Shown here one piece after another: positions 1 through 8,644 of a DNA stretch of 30,331 bases. This stretch comes from a virus (Duplodnaviria; Caudoviricetes). The notes beneath the pieces are model-generated. The model made no database searches, was not told the origin of the DNA, and was given only the letters and a program-made list of their open reading frames with translations. Each line of letters starts with the position of its first letter. Within the stretch, counting starts at the first letter, position 1. Where the stretch lies: IMG/VR virus record IMGVR_UViG_3300030329_002035, positions 1 to 30,331 of that record. One strand, given 5' to 3'. Both the position numbers and the translations under genes were made by a program.

Positions 1-2667
1 AAAACAGATGATGAATATGCTATATCAATAGCATCGTTAGTTAAAAATGTTTATGCTAAAGGTAGTTTTCAAAAGAAAACAGAACTAAATATGTCATCAA
101 ATAATTTGATGAAACAGTTTGATTTGGTAGATAGTCCTAGAGGTGGAAATCAAAGAGCATCCTTGAGAACAATAATGTCTTTAGCTACTGATAATATCAA
201 TCAATATATCTTGGATAATAATATAGAATTTCCTACATTACACCCAGCAGATGTTCAAGCATTAATATGGTTTCCAGAAAAGAGATTATATGATAAATTA
301 AGAACATCTAAAAGCATTTTAAAGGAGACTAGTTATGAAGACGAAACAATCGCAATACTTAAATCCAGAGGATACGATGATAAACGAATATCAGACATCC
401 TCAATACCACTAAAGGATTTAGTACAGAAGGTGGGTCGTTTAATGTTGAAGGCGAATTTGATCAAAGCGAAGGAATAAGAAGAAATTACAGACTCGAACC
501 AGTAGACCCAGACGAATTAACCCCAGAAATGATAGATGAACAAGCTAAAAGAGAAAGGCTTGATAATATCTATGACGAAATACCCACTGATTCTGACCCA
601 GAAAAAAAACCATTAAATATAGGTCTTGAAATAGACAGAACTATTAGACCAATTTCAAGTGTATTGAAATCTATTAATCCTATCTTAAAAGAAAAATTAA
701 GGAAGTATGAATTTAAAGTTCATACAAAAACTAGAGATAGGAGAGCAGTTGTTAATAATTTTTATACAAGCGATAAATATAAAAAGATGGACAAGAAAGA
801 CCAGCATATTTTAGACCTTGCTTTTAAGAATGCAGATGGCGATAAGATTAATGAAATTGTTTCTAAATATGACCTTACAGATGAATATAATTCTATAAGA
901 ACTGTATTAGAAGAAATCCACACAGAGGCAGTTGCAAACGGCTATGAAATAGGATACCTAGAAGATTATGTTCCTAGATTATTAGTTAATAGAGATGCTT
1001 TATTAAAAGAAATTCTACAAATTGATCCAGAATATAATACAAAAATTCAACAAGCTGTGAATTTAAAATCAGAAGAACTTGGTAGAGAGCTTGAGGTAGA
1101 TGAAATTGAACATATAATAGATATGACTTTAAGAGGATATAACACTTTGGATGGTGGAAAACCAGCTAATATTAAAGAGAGAAAAATTATGGAGATAAAC
1201 AATATTCTAAATAAATATTATGCACACTCATCTGAATCTCTTCTTAAATATATTGACATTATGACAAATGGAATAGAGAAAAGAACATTTTTAGGTCAAT
1301 CAGATACCGAAGGAGGTTTTAGTGAATATGTTAGAAAGGTGGCTGATGAATATGGATTAACTGTAGATGAAGAGGCTTTAATTACCGAGGTTTTAAAAGC
1401 AAGATTTGGTACTCATCAAGGTGGGAGTTTAGTTCCAGTCGTTAAAAATGTAACATATATTGCTACTATGGGTAATCCTATATCTGCTATTACACAATTA
1501 GGAGATTTGGTTTGGTCTTATAATGAGGCTGGAATATGGGGTACTTGGAAATCTGCTTTTGGTGAGAAAAAAATAACAATTGAAGATTTAGGCATAGACA
1601 AGATAGGCCAAGAATTTGAAACAAAGGGTTTATCTGGAAAGGCTGTTGAAAAAATATTTAAACTCGTTGGGATTGCTAAAATAGATAGACTTGGAAAAGA
1701 AACCCTTATTAATTCTGTTTTTAGCAAATATCAAAAAGAAGCCAAATCTGGAAAATTGTCGAAAAAATTTGAAGAAGATATTGAAAACTATTTTGGTGAG
1801 ACAACACTAGAACAAATGGATCAACTTGTAAAAGATATAGCAGATGGGAATATAACAGATGATGTTAGATATTTATTATTTAATAAATTATTAGACCATC
1901 AACCAGTTGCTGATTCCGAGATGCCTATTAGATATTTAAGGTCTCCAGATGGAAGATTATTTTACCAACTTAAAACATTTACAATAAAACAGCTAGATGT
2001 TACTAGAAATTTAATAACAGATAAAATTATTAATGCAAAAACAAACAAAGAAAGAATTGCTGGTATGAGAGATTTTACAAGATTGCTTTCTATGTGGATA
2101 TTAGCTGGTGCGACTAAAGATATGATTAAAGATTTAATATTAGGAAGACCTATAGATACTGACTGGATACCTTGGGAGAACGATTATGTTATAGAGAATG
2201 TATTGCAGTTTGCTGGTGCAAGTAGGTATCATATTTATGTAGGGAAGAATGAAGGTTTAGATGGCTTTATTAATAAATTCATACAGCCTCCATCGGTTAG
2301 TGTGGGAGCAGAAATTTTAGAAGATATATATAAGCTGACTCCGTTTGATGATTCTCTGACCAGAAAAAGAATGGAAGGTATGCTAGAAGAAGAAATAGAG
2401 GAATTTTTAGGTGATGAGCAAAGGGAAGATTATTTTAATATTCTTAATAGGATACCAGTTTTTGGGAAGATTGCTTTTTGGAGGAGTGAGCCGGGAAGAA
2501 TAAAAATTATAAATCAACAATTAAGAGATTTTAAGTCAATATTAAATAAGAGAGAATTAGATGATCACGAAATAGAAGAATATCAATACTGGCTAGACGA
2601 GGCTTTTGAATATGATATTATAACTTGGCCATCTTACGAAAACAGATTGGAACAAATGTACAAATGA
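1..2667 (+). CDS. C-terminal part of large virion ejection / polyvalent protein (5'-truncated)
   Basis: Frame is open from base 1 (KTDDEYAIS...) into the 858-aa ORF at 91. The helical C-terminal region with TMGNPISAITQLGD and PDGRLFYQLKTFTIKQLD resembles podovirus large internal/ejection proteins, and it lies just before the lysis genes. Confidence 0.7.
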   Translation, partial: KTDDEYAISIASLVKNVYAKGSFQKKTELNMSSNNLMKQFDLVDSPRGGNQRASLRTIMSLATDNINQYILDNNIEFPTLHPADVQALIWFPEKRLYDKLRTSKSILKETSYEDETIAILKSRGYDDKRISDILNTTKGFSTEGGSFNVEGEFDQSEGIRRNYRLEPVDPDELTPEMIDEQAKRERLDNIYDEIPTDSDPEKKPLNIGLEIDRTIRPISSVLKSINPILKEKLRKYEFKVHTKTRDRRAVVNNFYTSDKYKKMDKKDQHILDLAFKNADGDKINEIVSKYDLTDEYNSIRTVLEEIHTEAVANGYEIGYLEDYVPRLLVNRDALLKEILQIDPEYNTKIQQAVNLKSEELGRELEVDEIEHIIDMTLRGYNTLDGGKPANIKERKIMEINNILNKYYAHSSESLLKYIDIMTNGIEKRTFLGQSDTEGGFSEYVRKVADEYGLTVDEEALITEVLKARFGTHQGGSLVPVVKNVTYIATMGNPISAITQLGDLVWSYNEAGIWGTWKSAFGEKKITIEDLGIDKIGQEFETKGLSGKAVEKIFKLVGIAKIDRLGKETLINSVFSKYQKEAKSGKLSKKFEEDIENYFGETTLEQMDQLVKDIADGNITDDVRYLLFNKLLDHQPVADSEMPIRYLRSPDGRLFYQLKTFTIKQLDVTRNLITDKIINAKTNKERIAGMRDFTRLLSMWILAGATKDMIKDLILGRPIDTDWIPWENDYVIENVLQFAGASRYHIYVGKNEGLDGFINKFIQPPSVSVGAEILEDIYKLTPFDDSLTRKRMEGMLEEEIEEFLGDEQREDYFNILNRIPVFGKIAFWRSEPGRIKIINQQLRDFKSILNKRELDDHEIEEYQYWLDEAFEYDIITWPSYENRLEQMYK

Positions 2668-3113
2668 TTGAAATGAAAAAAATTATATCAGAAGTTTTAG
2701 ACAAACTAGAAAAAGAAACTAAAATTAAAAAAACTCCAGAAGCTATTGATTTAATATATGAGACTGGTATGGCTGAATCTGGGTATAGAGCTTTAGTTCA
2801 AAAAGGTGGTGGCCCAGCATTAAGTTTTTTCCAGATAGAACCAGCGACTGCTAAAGATATTTTTAATAATTATGTAGAATATAGAGAGCCTTTGGTAGAG
2901 GCATTAATTCATTTAGGTTTAGACCCAATGGATTTAGACTTTACTATAAAAACAAACATAGCTATTGCTATATGTATGTGTAGGTTTCATTACAGAAGAG
3001 TTCCATCTGCAATACCTAAAACAAAAGAAGGTAGAGCAAAATATTGGAAGGCTCACTATAATACTGAACTTGGGAGGGGAACGGTAGAACATTATTTAAA
3101 GGCCAATAAATAA
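2664..3113 (+). CDS. Endolysin, lysozyme-like/transglycosylase fold
   Basis: Motifs ETGMAESG...Q.GGGPA..FQIEPAT and YWKAHYNT.LG.GT. The ATG at 2664 overlaps the upstream stop (ATGA), and membrane proteins follow. Confidence 0.7.
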   Translation: MIEMKKIISEVLDKLEKETKIKKTPEAIDLIYETGMAESGYRALVQKGGGPALSFFQIEPATAKDIFNNYVEYREPLVEALIHLGLDPMDLDFTIKTNIAIAICMCRFHYRRVPSAIPKTKEGRAKYWKAHYNTELGRGTVEHYLKANK

Positions 3114-3421
3114 TGGAGTGGTTGGAATTATTAGAAAGATATGGAGTTCCTATGGTGGTTGCTTGTGCCTTCTGGTTTTTCATACAAAAACAAAACAAGT
3201 TTATACAAGACGAACTACAAAAAGAATTAAGAGAAAGTTTTACTAGGGTTGAGGGAATTATTGTCAAGCTAATTGATCAACAAAAGAAAATGCAGTTAGA
3301 ACAAAAAGGATTGGAGAACTCTTACAAGACTTTAGTTGAGGTCATAGCATCTTTATCTGGTAATGGACTCAAGGACAAATTTATGAGAATGCAAGAAAGA
3401 AATGAAAATAAAAAATATTAA
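3113..3421 (+). CDS. Holin-like membrane protein (N-terminal TM + coiled coil)
   Basis: Hydrophobic GVPMVVACAFWFFI followed by a coiled coil; translationally coupled to the endolysin. Confidence 0.55.
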   Translation: MEWLELLERYGVPMVVACAFWFFIQKQNKFIQDELQKELRESFTRVEGIIVKLIDQQKKMQLEQKGLENSYKTLVEVIASLSGNGLKDKFMRMQERNENKKY

Positions 3422-3424
3422 GGA

Positions 3425-3613
3425 GTGAAGGTGAAAGATACATTACAAACATTAAGCAATCAGCCAGAGATAGGAATAGGAACATCGTTAGGCTCTGGGT
3501 TAATTTATTGGATGGACATTCTAAACCCTATACTATCATTCTGCACACTTGCTGTAGGTTTGCTAATTGGTTTAGTAACTCTGGCAATAAAAATTAGGGA
3601 GTGGAAAAAATGA
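3425..3613 (+). CDS. Small membrane protein, putative holin
   Basis: AAGGAG then GTG start; TM segment ILSFCTLAVGLLIGLVTLAI and a basic C-terminus. Confidence 0.55.
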   Translation: MKVKDTLQTLSNQPEIGIGTSLGSGLIYWMDILNPILSFCTLAVGLLIGLVTLAIKIREWKK

Positions 3614-3882
3614 TACAAGGTATGATAGTCAAATTAATATTCAATGCTATAATGAAAAAGATTAATGAAAAACATAATCTTAAAAAAATAGATAGATATG
3701 TGAATGAAGATAATGAGCTTGATATTAAAGTTAAAAATTTATATAAGACTACAACAAAGTATGGTAAATACATAGAGGTAATAGAAAAAGATGTTGGACA
3801 ATTAAAAACAGACTCGCATCCACCAATTAAAAATTTAGAGAAAAGAATCAAATGGCTAGAGAAACAAGCAAGAAAAAAATAG
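3610..3882 (+). CDS. Hypothetical protein (lysis region)
   Basis: ORF track 3601..3882; ATGA overlap at 3610 is the likelier start. Confidence 0.6.
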   Translation: MIQGMIVKLIFNAIMKKINEKHNLKKIDRYVNEDNELDIKVKNLYKTTTKYGKYIEVIEKDVGQLKTDSHPPIKNLEKRIKWLEKQARKK

Positions 3883-3989
3883 ACTGGAAATGGTTAATGA
3901 GTTTACCAAAATTCCAAAGAGATTTTGAAATAAAAAAGATGGCTAAAAAAGAAAAGGAAGAAGATGAACTTAAAAAAACAAATAGCTGA
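3852..3989 (+). CDS. Small hypothetical protein (45 aa)
   Basis: Hand-translated MARETSKKKIDWKWLMSLPKFQRDFEIKK...; fills the gap between neighbouring ORFs. Confidence 0.35.
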   Translation: MARETSKKKIDWKWLMSLPKFQRDFEIKKMAKKEKEEDELKKTNS

Positions 3990-4155
3990 TTGGGTTATGG
4001 CTAAATTAGATGATCCAGAAACAAAAGAAAAAGTTGTATCTAAATGGAATAAGAATGTTAACATCCCTATTTTAAATGAATCTACTGAAGAAAAAATCTT
4101 TGGTGCAATTTATGATTCTGTTAAAGATGTTATAAAGGATGTGCTGATTAAGTAA
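3964..4155 (+). CDS. Hypothetical protein
   Basis: 63-aa ORF with AAGGA upstream; NxxVNIPILNExTE motif. Confidence 0.6.
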   Translation: MNLKKQIADWVMAKLDDPETKEKVVSKWNKNVNIPILNESTEEKIFGAIYDSVKDVIKDVLIK

Positions 4156-4192
4156 TTTCGGTTAGCGAGGATAGGCTTTTATGGAGAGATTA

Positions 4193-4226
4193 GGACACTG
4201 GGCATACCCAAGTATACCCAGCATCC
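4193..4226 (-). other. 15-bp RNA hairpin between convergent genes
   Basis: Minus strand GGAUGCUGGGUAUAC-UUGG-GUAUGCCCAGUGUCC is fully paired with 3 G-U pairs. No clear U-tract. Confidence 0.6.
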
Positions 4227-4237
4227 GTTGTTTTATC

Positions 4238-4510
4238 TTATTTTATTTCTTTGTCTTTTCGCAAAAACCATTTTCTAAACTCTTTCCAATTAGTTAATTT
4301 AGTTTTCCAATGAGACTTTTTATCTAAAGTCCAATTTTTGTATCTAATATTAACACTAACTAAAACAAGTTTTTTCTTATTAGGAACTTTAACCTCCAAG
4401 TTCCAACCAGTATAGCCATATTCTATTAGGTGCATAATTTGTTCTGCATCTAATTCTATTTCATTATTAGAATTTAAATATTCGTAATCTGGTATTGCTT
4501 TATTTTTCAT
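4238..4510 (-). CDS. Lone leftward hypothetical protein
   Basis: ORF track 4238..4591; GGAG RBS precedes the ATG at 4510 (MKNKAIPDYE...), downstream of a sigma70-like promoter. Confidence 0.65.
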   Translation of the reverse strand: MKNKAIPDYEYLNSNNEIELDAEQIMHLIEYGYTGWNLEVKVPNKKKLVLVSVNIRYKNWTLDKKSHWKTKLTNWKEFRKWFLRKDKEIK

Positions 4511-4546
4511 TTTGAAATTCTCCAATTCCGTTTTTGTTAACATTAC

Positions 4547-4576
4547 AATATACACATAAAGTAATATATAAGTCAA
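4547..4576 (-). promoter_or_regulatory. Sigma70-type promoter (leftward)
   Basis: TTGACT-N18-TATATT with an upstream A-tract. Confidence 0.6.
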
Positions 4577-4688
4577 GTCTTTTTTTTTCACGACGGAAAA
4601 TTCAGAAATTTTTTTTTCTAGTTTTTAAAATTTATTATAATTATATTATAAAAGCGATTAAGTTAACTAAATAATAAGGAGATTCGTT

Positions 4689-5432
4689 ATGAGTAATAAA
4701 CATACTATAGAATCAATAAGAAATACACTTTCTAATTATAAAATTCCAGATAAGCATATAGAGGTTTTAAAATTTAAGCAAGGTAATAAACCAGCTAAAT
4801 ATATTAAATGGTCTTATGCTTTAGGTATATTTTTAAAACATTATCCAGAGGCTCGATGGGAATTTGTTCAATATGAACAAGCTGATGGAACAATGTTAGA
4901 TATTCAAATATATCCAGACAAAAGCTGTATGGTTGAATGTAATGTTTGGATTGGTGATATTAAAATGCATATGTGGTTACCAGTAACTAAAGGTCAAACT
5001 ATGAACCCTTCTCTTAATAGTTTTGATATTAATACCACAAAGATGAGATGTCTTACCAAGTGTATATCAGTTTGCTTTGGATTAGGTGCTGATATATATG
5101 GTATGGATATGTTACCAACAGAATTTGAGGGTGGTGTAGGAGACTCTTCTAACGAATCTCCAATTCCTAAAAGCACTCCTACAATTAAGCCACCCTCTAC
5201 CTTTACACCAGAACCAGATAAGGTTTTTGATGTAAACTCCTCACAACCAGTAGGTTATAATAAAGGTAAGCCTTACTCTGAATATAATAATGATATTCAA
5301 AAGGTTCGTAAAGATATAGCTTATTGGAAACCTAAAAAGAACCTCAACCCAGATCAACAACAGCACTTGGATAATTTATTATCACTTGAGAAAGTTATTA
5401 TCGCAATGCACGAAGAGGCATTTAAATCGTGA
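4689..5432 (+). CDS. Sak-like (Rad52 superfamily, DUF1071-like) ssDNA annealing protein
   Basis: YIKWSYA...KHYPEA...MWLPV...FDINT.KMRCL.K...FGLG.DIY pattern; AAGGAG RBS. Confidence 0.75.
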   Translation: MSNKHTIESIRNTLSNYKIPDKHIEVLKFKQGNKPAKYIKWSYALGIFLKHYPEARWEFVQYEQADGTMLDIQIYPDKSCMVECNVWIGDIKMHMWLPVTKGQTMNPSLNSFDINTTKMRCLTKCISVCFGLGADIYGMDMLPTEFEGGVGDSSNESPIPKSTPTIKPPSTFTPEPDKVFDVNSSQPVGYNKGKPYSEYNNDIQKVRKDIAYWKPKKNLNPDQQQHLDNLLSLEKVIIAMHEEAFKS

Positions 5433-6187
5433 GTTATCCACGAATCTATCCAAGAACACATTATGGTAGATTCTACGAGATTGCAGAGGGTGTGATAGTT
5501 CCCTCTGCAACTACTCTCTGTAGATATGGAAACCCTATGGCTCATTCAACATTACTATATGTTATTAAACAATCAGAAGGTTCTGTTGATACCTACTATA
5601 ATAAAAAAACTCAAGCATTAATAGATGGAACTGATGTTCATAAAGGCATAGAGGACTATGAGGATGGCCAGTTGGTAGACTTTGAAGGCAAATCAAGAGA
5701 GGCTACTAAAGGAATGATTAGTTATGTGTGCTGGAGAGAACAACATAACCCAGAAATGATAAGCATTGAGAAAATGTTATACTCACCAAGAATGTCTAAA
5801 GGTAAGTTAGTATTTGGCTTTGCTGGAAGGTGTGATATGGTGGCCAGAATAGATGGTGAGGTCTGGATGCTTGATGCTAAAACATCTGTTAATTATAAAG
5901 ACCCTAATTATATGTATCAATTATCTATGTATAAAATGTTATGGGAAGAAATGGGTGGCGAAAAGATTGATAGGTTAGGTGTTATTCGTTGCAGTAAAAC
6001 ATTCAATGGAGAAAGACCTTCACCTAGAACCAATCTATTACACGAGGTTGATTATAATCCAGAGGCAGTAGGGCATTTAGTATATCAGTTTAATATGTTC
6101 TACGAGCAGTATGATAAGGATCAAAAACCTAAACGGAAACCACAATTACAATCTACATTTCAATTAGATAAGTCGGAATCTAAATGA
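5429..6187 (+). CDS. PD-(D/E)xK exonuclease
   Basis: PSATT...GTDVH...E...FAGRCD...LDAKTS...QLSMY; adjacent to the annealase. Confidence 0.8.
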   Translation: MSYPRIYPRTHYGRFYEIAEGVIVPSATTLCRYGNPMAHSTLLYVIKQSEGSVDTYYNKKTQALIDGTDVHKGIEDYEDGQLVDFEGKSREATKGMISYVCWREQHNPEMISIEKMLYSPRMSKGKLVFGFAGRCDMVARIDGEVWMLDAKTSVNYKDPNYMYQLSMYKMLWEEMGGEKIDRLGVIRCSKTFNGERPSPRTNLLHEVDYNPEAVGHLVYQFNMFYEQYDKDQKPKRKPQLQSTFQLDKSESK

Positions 6188-6339
6188 GTTGTAGAGTGTG
6201 CAAAGAAACCCTTACTCAAAAAGAAAAAAAACTCATTAGGAGTAGGGGTTATATTTGCCTTGAATGTTATAAGTCTCACCAAAAAAAATATTACCAAAAA
6301 AGAAAAAAAGCAAACAAGTTATTTAAGGAGTGGGTATGA
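6184..6339 (+). CDS. Small Zn-finger protein (51 aa)
   Basis: Hand-translated MSCRVC...YICLEC...; ATGA overlaps at both ends. Confidence 0.65.
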   Translation: MSCRVCKETLTQKEKKLIRSRGYICLECYKSHQKKYYQKRKKANKLFKEWV

Positions 6340-7142
6340 ACAAATTTATTACACATAAAAAAGAAAACTTTACTATGATAGATAATAATCTTATTTACGA
6401 TAACACTATATCAGCAAAATCTAAAGCAGTTTTAATTTATTTATTATCTAAACCTAATGAATGGAACACTAGCATTAAAGATATATCCCGTAATTTTAAA
6501 GATGGATATGATTCTATTAAGTCTGCATTAGTGGAACTTGAAAAGCAATTCTATTTAACGAGAACTAAATCAAGAACAAGTGAAGGAACTTTTGTTACTG
6601 AATATAATGTATATGAGGACAAGCATCAAAACCCTAAAAATATAAATTATAAACTTAAAGAGGTAGTCCAGAGGGTAAATTCCACTACCGACCAGAGTGG
6701 AAATTCCAATAGTGGAAAACCCACTAATAATAATAAGACTATAAATAATAATATAAAAAAAATAAAGCCGATTGAAATTAGAATAAAAGAATTTAAAGAT
6801 GAGGCTTTAACACATACTCAATACCTACCTTCAATGCTGGAAGACTTTGTTAGTTATTGGACTGAAAAAACAAGGACTGGTAAGAAATTTTTAGCAGAGA
6901 CTAAACCAACATTTGAAATAAGTAAAAGACTTAACACTTGGTACAGAAGGTCTACAGCTAATACAAGAGGTATGAGTGATGCACAATATGATCAAAAGAA
7001 AAAAGAAGAATTGAGAATGATACAATCAGAAGAAAGAAGAGAGGCTGAAAGAATAAGAAGAATACAAGAGCAAAACAAACCAGTAGATACAGCATCACCA
7101 GATGAAATTAAGGATATGTTAGGGCAATGGATAAAGAAATAA
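6336..7142 (+). CDS. Replication initiator / replisome organiser (N-terminal HTH)
   Basis: NFTMIDN...ISAKSKAVLIYLLSKP..W N-terminus, low-complexity linker, C-terminal F..YW...TFE...RL.TW domain; AAGGAG before ATG 6336. Confidence 0.75.
   Translation: MNKFITHKKENFTMIDNNLIYDNTISAKSKAVLIYLLSKPNEWNTSIKDISRNFKDGYDSIKSALVELEKQFYLTRTKSRTSEGTFVTEYNVYEDKHQNPKNINYKLKEVVQRVNSTTDQSGNSNSGKPTNNNKTINNNIKKIKPIEIRIKEFKDEALTHTQYLPSMLEDFVSYWTEKTRTGKKFLAETKPTFEISKRLNTWYRRSTANTRGMSDAQYDQKKKEELRMIQSEERREAERIRRIQEQNKPVDTASPDEIKDMLGQWIKK
6668..6766. repeat. Putative replication origin: three iteron-like repeats + AT-rich tract
   Basis: ccagagggtaaattccacta, ccagagtggaaattccaata and tagtggaaaacccacta followed by about 40 nt of nearly pure A/T, inside the initiator gene. 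Confidence 0.6.
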
Positions 7143-7396
7143 AAGAACAAACATTTATATATAAAGGCTTTTGCACTAATGAAGAGGTGTTTAAAGGTCT
7201 TGATGAACATCCAGATGGAACTATTGTATTATGGAATGATATTATATATTGGATTACATCTCATAAAAGGTCTGATGGAGTTAGGGCTTTAGGTTTAGAG
7301 CCTAAAGGAAAGTTTAATAGACCTAAAAGAAACAAACCTTGCTGGTGTGGGTCTGAAAAAAAATATAAAAAGTGTTGCTGGAAATACACTAGATGA
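7127..7396 (+). CDS. SEC-C motif protein
   Basis: C-terminal RNKPCWCGSEKKYKKCC. Confidence 0.8.
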   Translation: MDKEIKEQTFIYKGFCTNEEVFKGLDEHPDGTIVLWNDIIYWITSHKRSDGVRALGLEPKGKFNRPKRNKPCWCGSEKKYKKCCWKYTR

Positions 7397-7509
7397 GATT
7401 GCAGTATTATAGATGTAGTAATTGTAAACGAGTAGGTCATAATAAAAGGAGTTGTAGATATGAAACAAAACGAAAAAGATATTTTAGATTCCGTAAACAA
7501 AGAGTTTAA
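7393..7509 (+). CDS. CCHC zinc-knuckle peptide (38 aa)
   Basis: Hand-translated MRLQYYRCSNCKRVGHNKRSCRY...; exact CX2CX4HX4C; ATGA coupling to the upstream gene. Confidence 0.55.
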   Translation: MRLQYYRCSNCKRVGHNKRSCRYETKRKRYFRFRKQRV

Positions 7510-7858
7510 TATAAGTTTAAAATGGAGTGACTACGAGTACAATAGATTTGATGCTGAAGACAATAACTATATTGTCGAGATTAAAGATAGGAAAAGATAC
7601 TACGATAATACTATGATAGAGTTTGATAAGTATAGTTATAATATTAAATATTCAGAACTTGCTAAAAAGAATTTTATATATGTGGTAAGAGTTGATGGTC
7701 AAATATATATCTTTAATTTAAGCAAGAAAGATGTTACATTTGGATGGGAGTGGAAATTAATCGAGGCCACTACCAATTTTAAAAATAGAGAGAAGATTAA
7801 AAAGTTAGTTGGTTATATAAGACTAGAGGATTGTACTAAAAAAATTGCTACACATTAA
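7460..7858 (+). CDS. PD-(D/E)xK-like nuclease
   Basis: FDAEDNNYIVEIKDR motif; AAGGAG RBS. Confidence 0.6.
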   Translation: MKQNEKDILDSVNKEFNISLKWSDYEYNRFDAEDNNYIVEIKDRKRYYDNTMIEFDKYSYNIKYSELAKKNFIYVVRVDGQIYIFNLSKKDVTFGWEWKLIEATTNFKNREKIKKLVGYIRLEDCTKKIATH

Positions 7859-7994
7859 AGACATATATAGAGTAATAGATTTGCTTGAAGAGGCAAAAGA
7901 AGAGATAGGTAGAATCTATGGAGATAGAGTTAAAGATTCTATACCTATCTATAACAAACTAAAGAAAACGATAAAGGAGATAAGATGCGAATAA
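7845..7994 (+). CDS. Small hypothetical protein (49 aa)
   Basis: TTG-start ORF (LHIKDIYRVIDLLEEAKEE...) filling the gap between neighbours. Confidence 0.4.
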   Translation: MLHIKDIYRVIDLLEEAKEEIGRIYGDRVKDSIPIYNKLKKTIKEIRCE

Positions 7995-8272
7995 TAGGAA
8001 TGAGAAATGTAGATTGGAACAAAGTAAAAGCAATCTTAACTATTGAAACATCAGAGGGTTTTGAGATTAAAAACTGCAAACTAGTAGAGGGTCAGCACGG
8101 ATTGTTCGTAGCATCACCTTCTGTTAAAGGGAAGGATGACACTTACAGAGATATCATTTGGTTTCCTAAAGATAAAAGAGATGAGATAAATGATATGGCT
8201 AGTAAAATATATGATCCTTCTGGAGAGTATAGTCAATTTAATCAAGGGGGAAAAGATAATATCCCATTTTAA
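7985..8272 (+). CDS. spoVG: SpoVG-family nucleic-acid binding protein with SSB-like tail
   Basis: KVKA...FEIKNCKLVEGQHGLFVASPS.K..D.TYRDI matches SpoVG; ends in DNIPF. Confidence 0.75.
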   Translation: MRIIGMRNVDWNKVKAILTIETSEGFEIKNCKLVEGQHGLFVASPSVKGKDDTYRDIIWFPKDKRDEINDMASKIYDPSGEYSQFNQGGKDNIPF

Positions 8273-8274
8273 AT

Positions 8275-8466
8275 ATGTATGAAGAACTTATAAACTCAAA
8301 CAATTCTTTATCTGGTCGTATTAAGGAATTAGAATTAGAACTTAAACAACTTAAAGCAAAGTATGAATGTGTTAAGGCCTTTGCAAAAGGTGTATCATTT
8401 AATAGTCCTATTCAATACGAAAAACTACGAGAAGAAATAAAGAGGATAGAAAGTGAAGAAACATAA
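8275..8466 (+). CDS. Hypothetical coiled-coil protein
   Basis: 63-aa ORF within the operon. Confidence 0.55.
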   Translation: MYEELINSNNSLSGRIKELELELKQLKAKYECVKAFAKGVSFNSPIQYEKLREEIKRIESEET

Positions 8467-8644
8467 AACAGCAAGAGAGAAGGCCAAGTCTTGCAAACCA
8501 CCAAAGGATAGCATTGTTGTAGATGCATCAAGTTCTATTAGAAATACCTTGACATTTAGTATGTCTGGCTCTGTATCAAAAGAAAGATGGGAGAAGATAT
8601 TTGGGAAGAAAAATAACAAGAAAAGGACTGATAAAAAAACTTGA
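8453..8644 (+). CDS. Hypothetical basic protein
   Basis: 63-aa ORF ending ...ERWEKIFGKK; AGAGGA upstream. Confidence 0.5.
   Translation: MKKHKTAREKAKSCKPPKDSIVVDASSSIRNTLTFSMSGSVSKERWEKIFGKKNNKKRTDKKT

Noticed and set aside
4156-4237. HDV-like (UCCUCGC loop) or twister (CCCAAG) ribozyme, or tRNA/attP
   Set aside because: I could not build the required P1/P1.1/P2 or twister pseudoknot pairings. No cloverleaf and no integrase.
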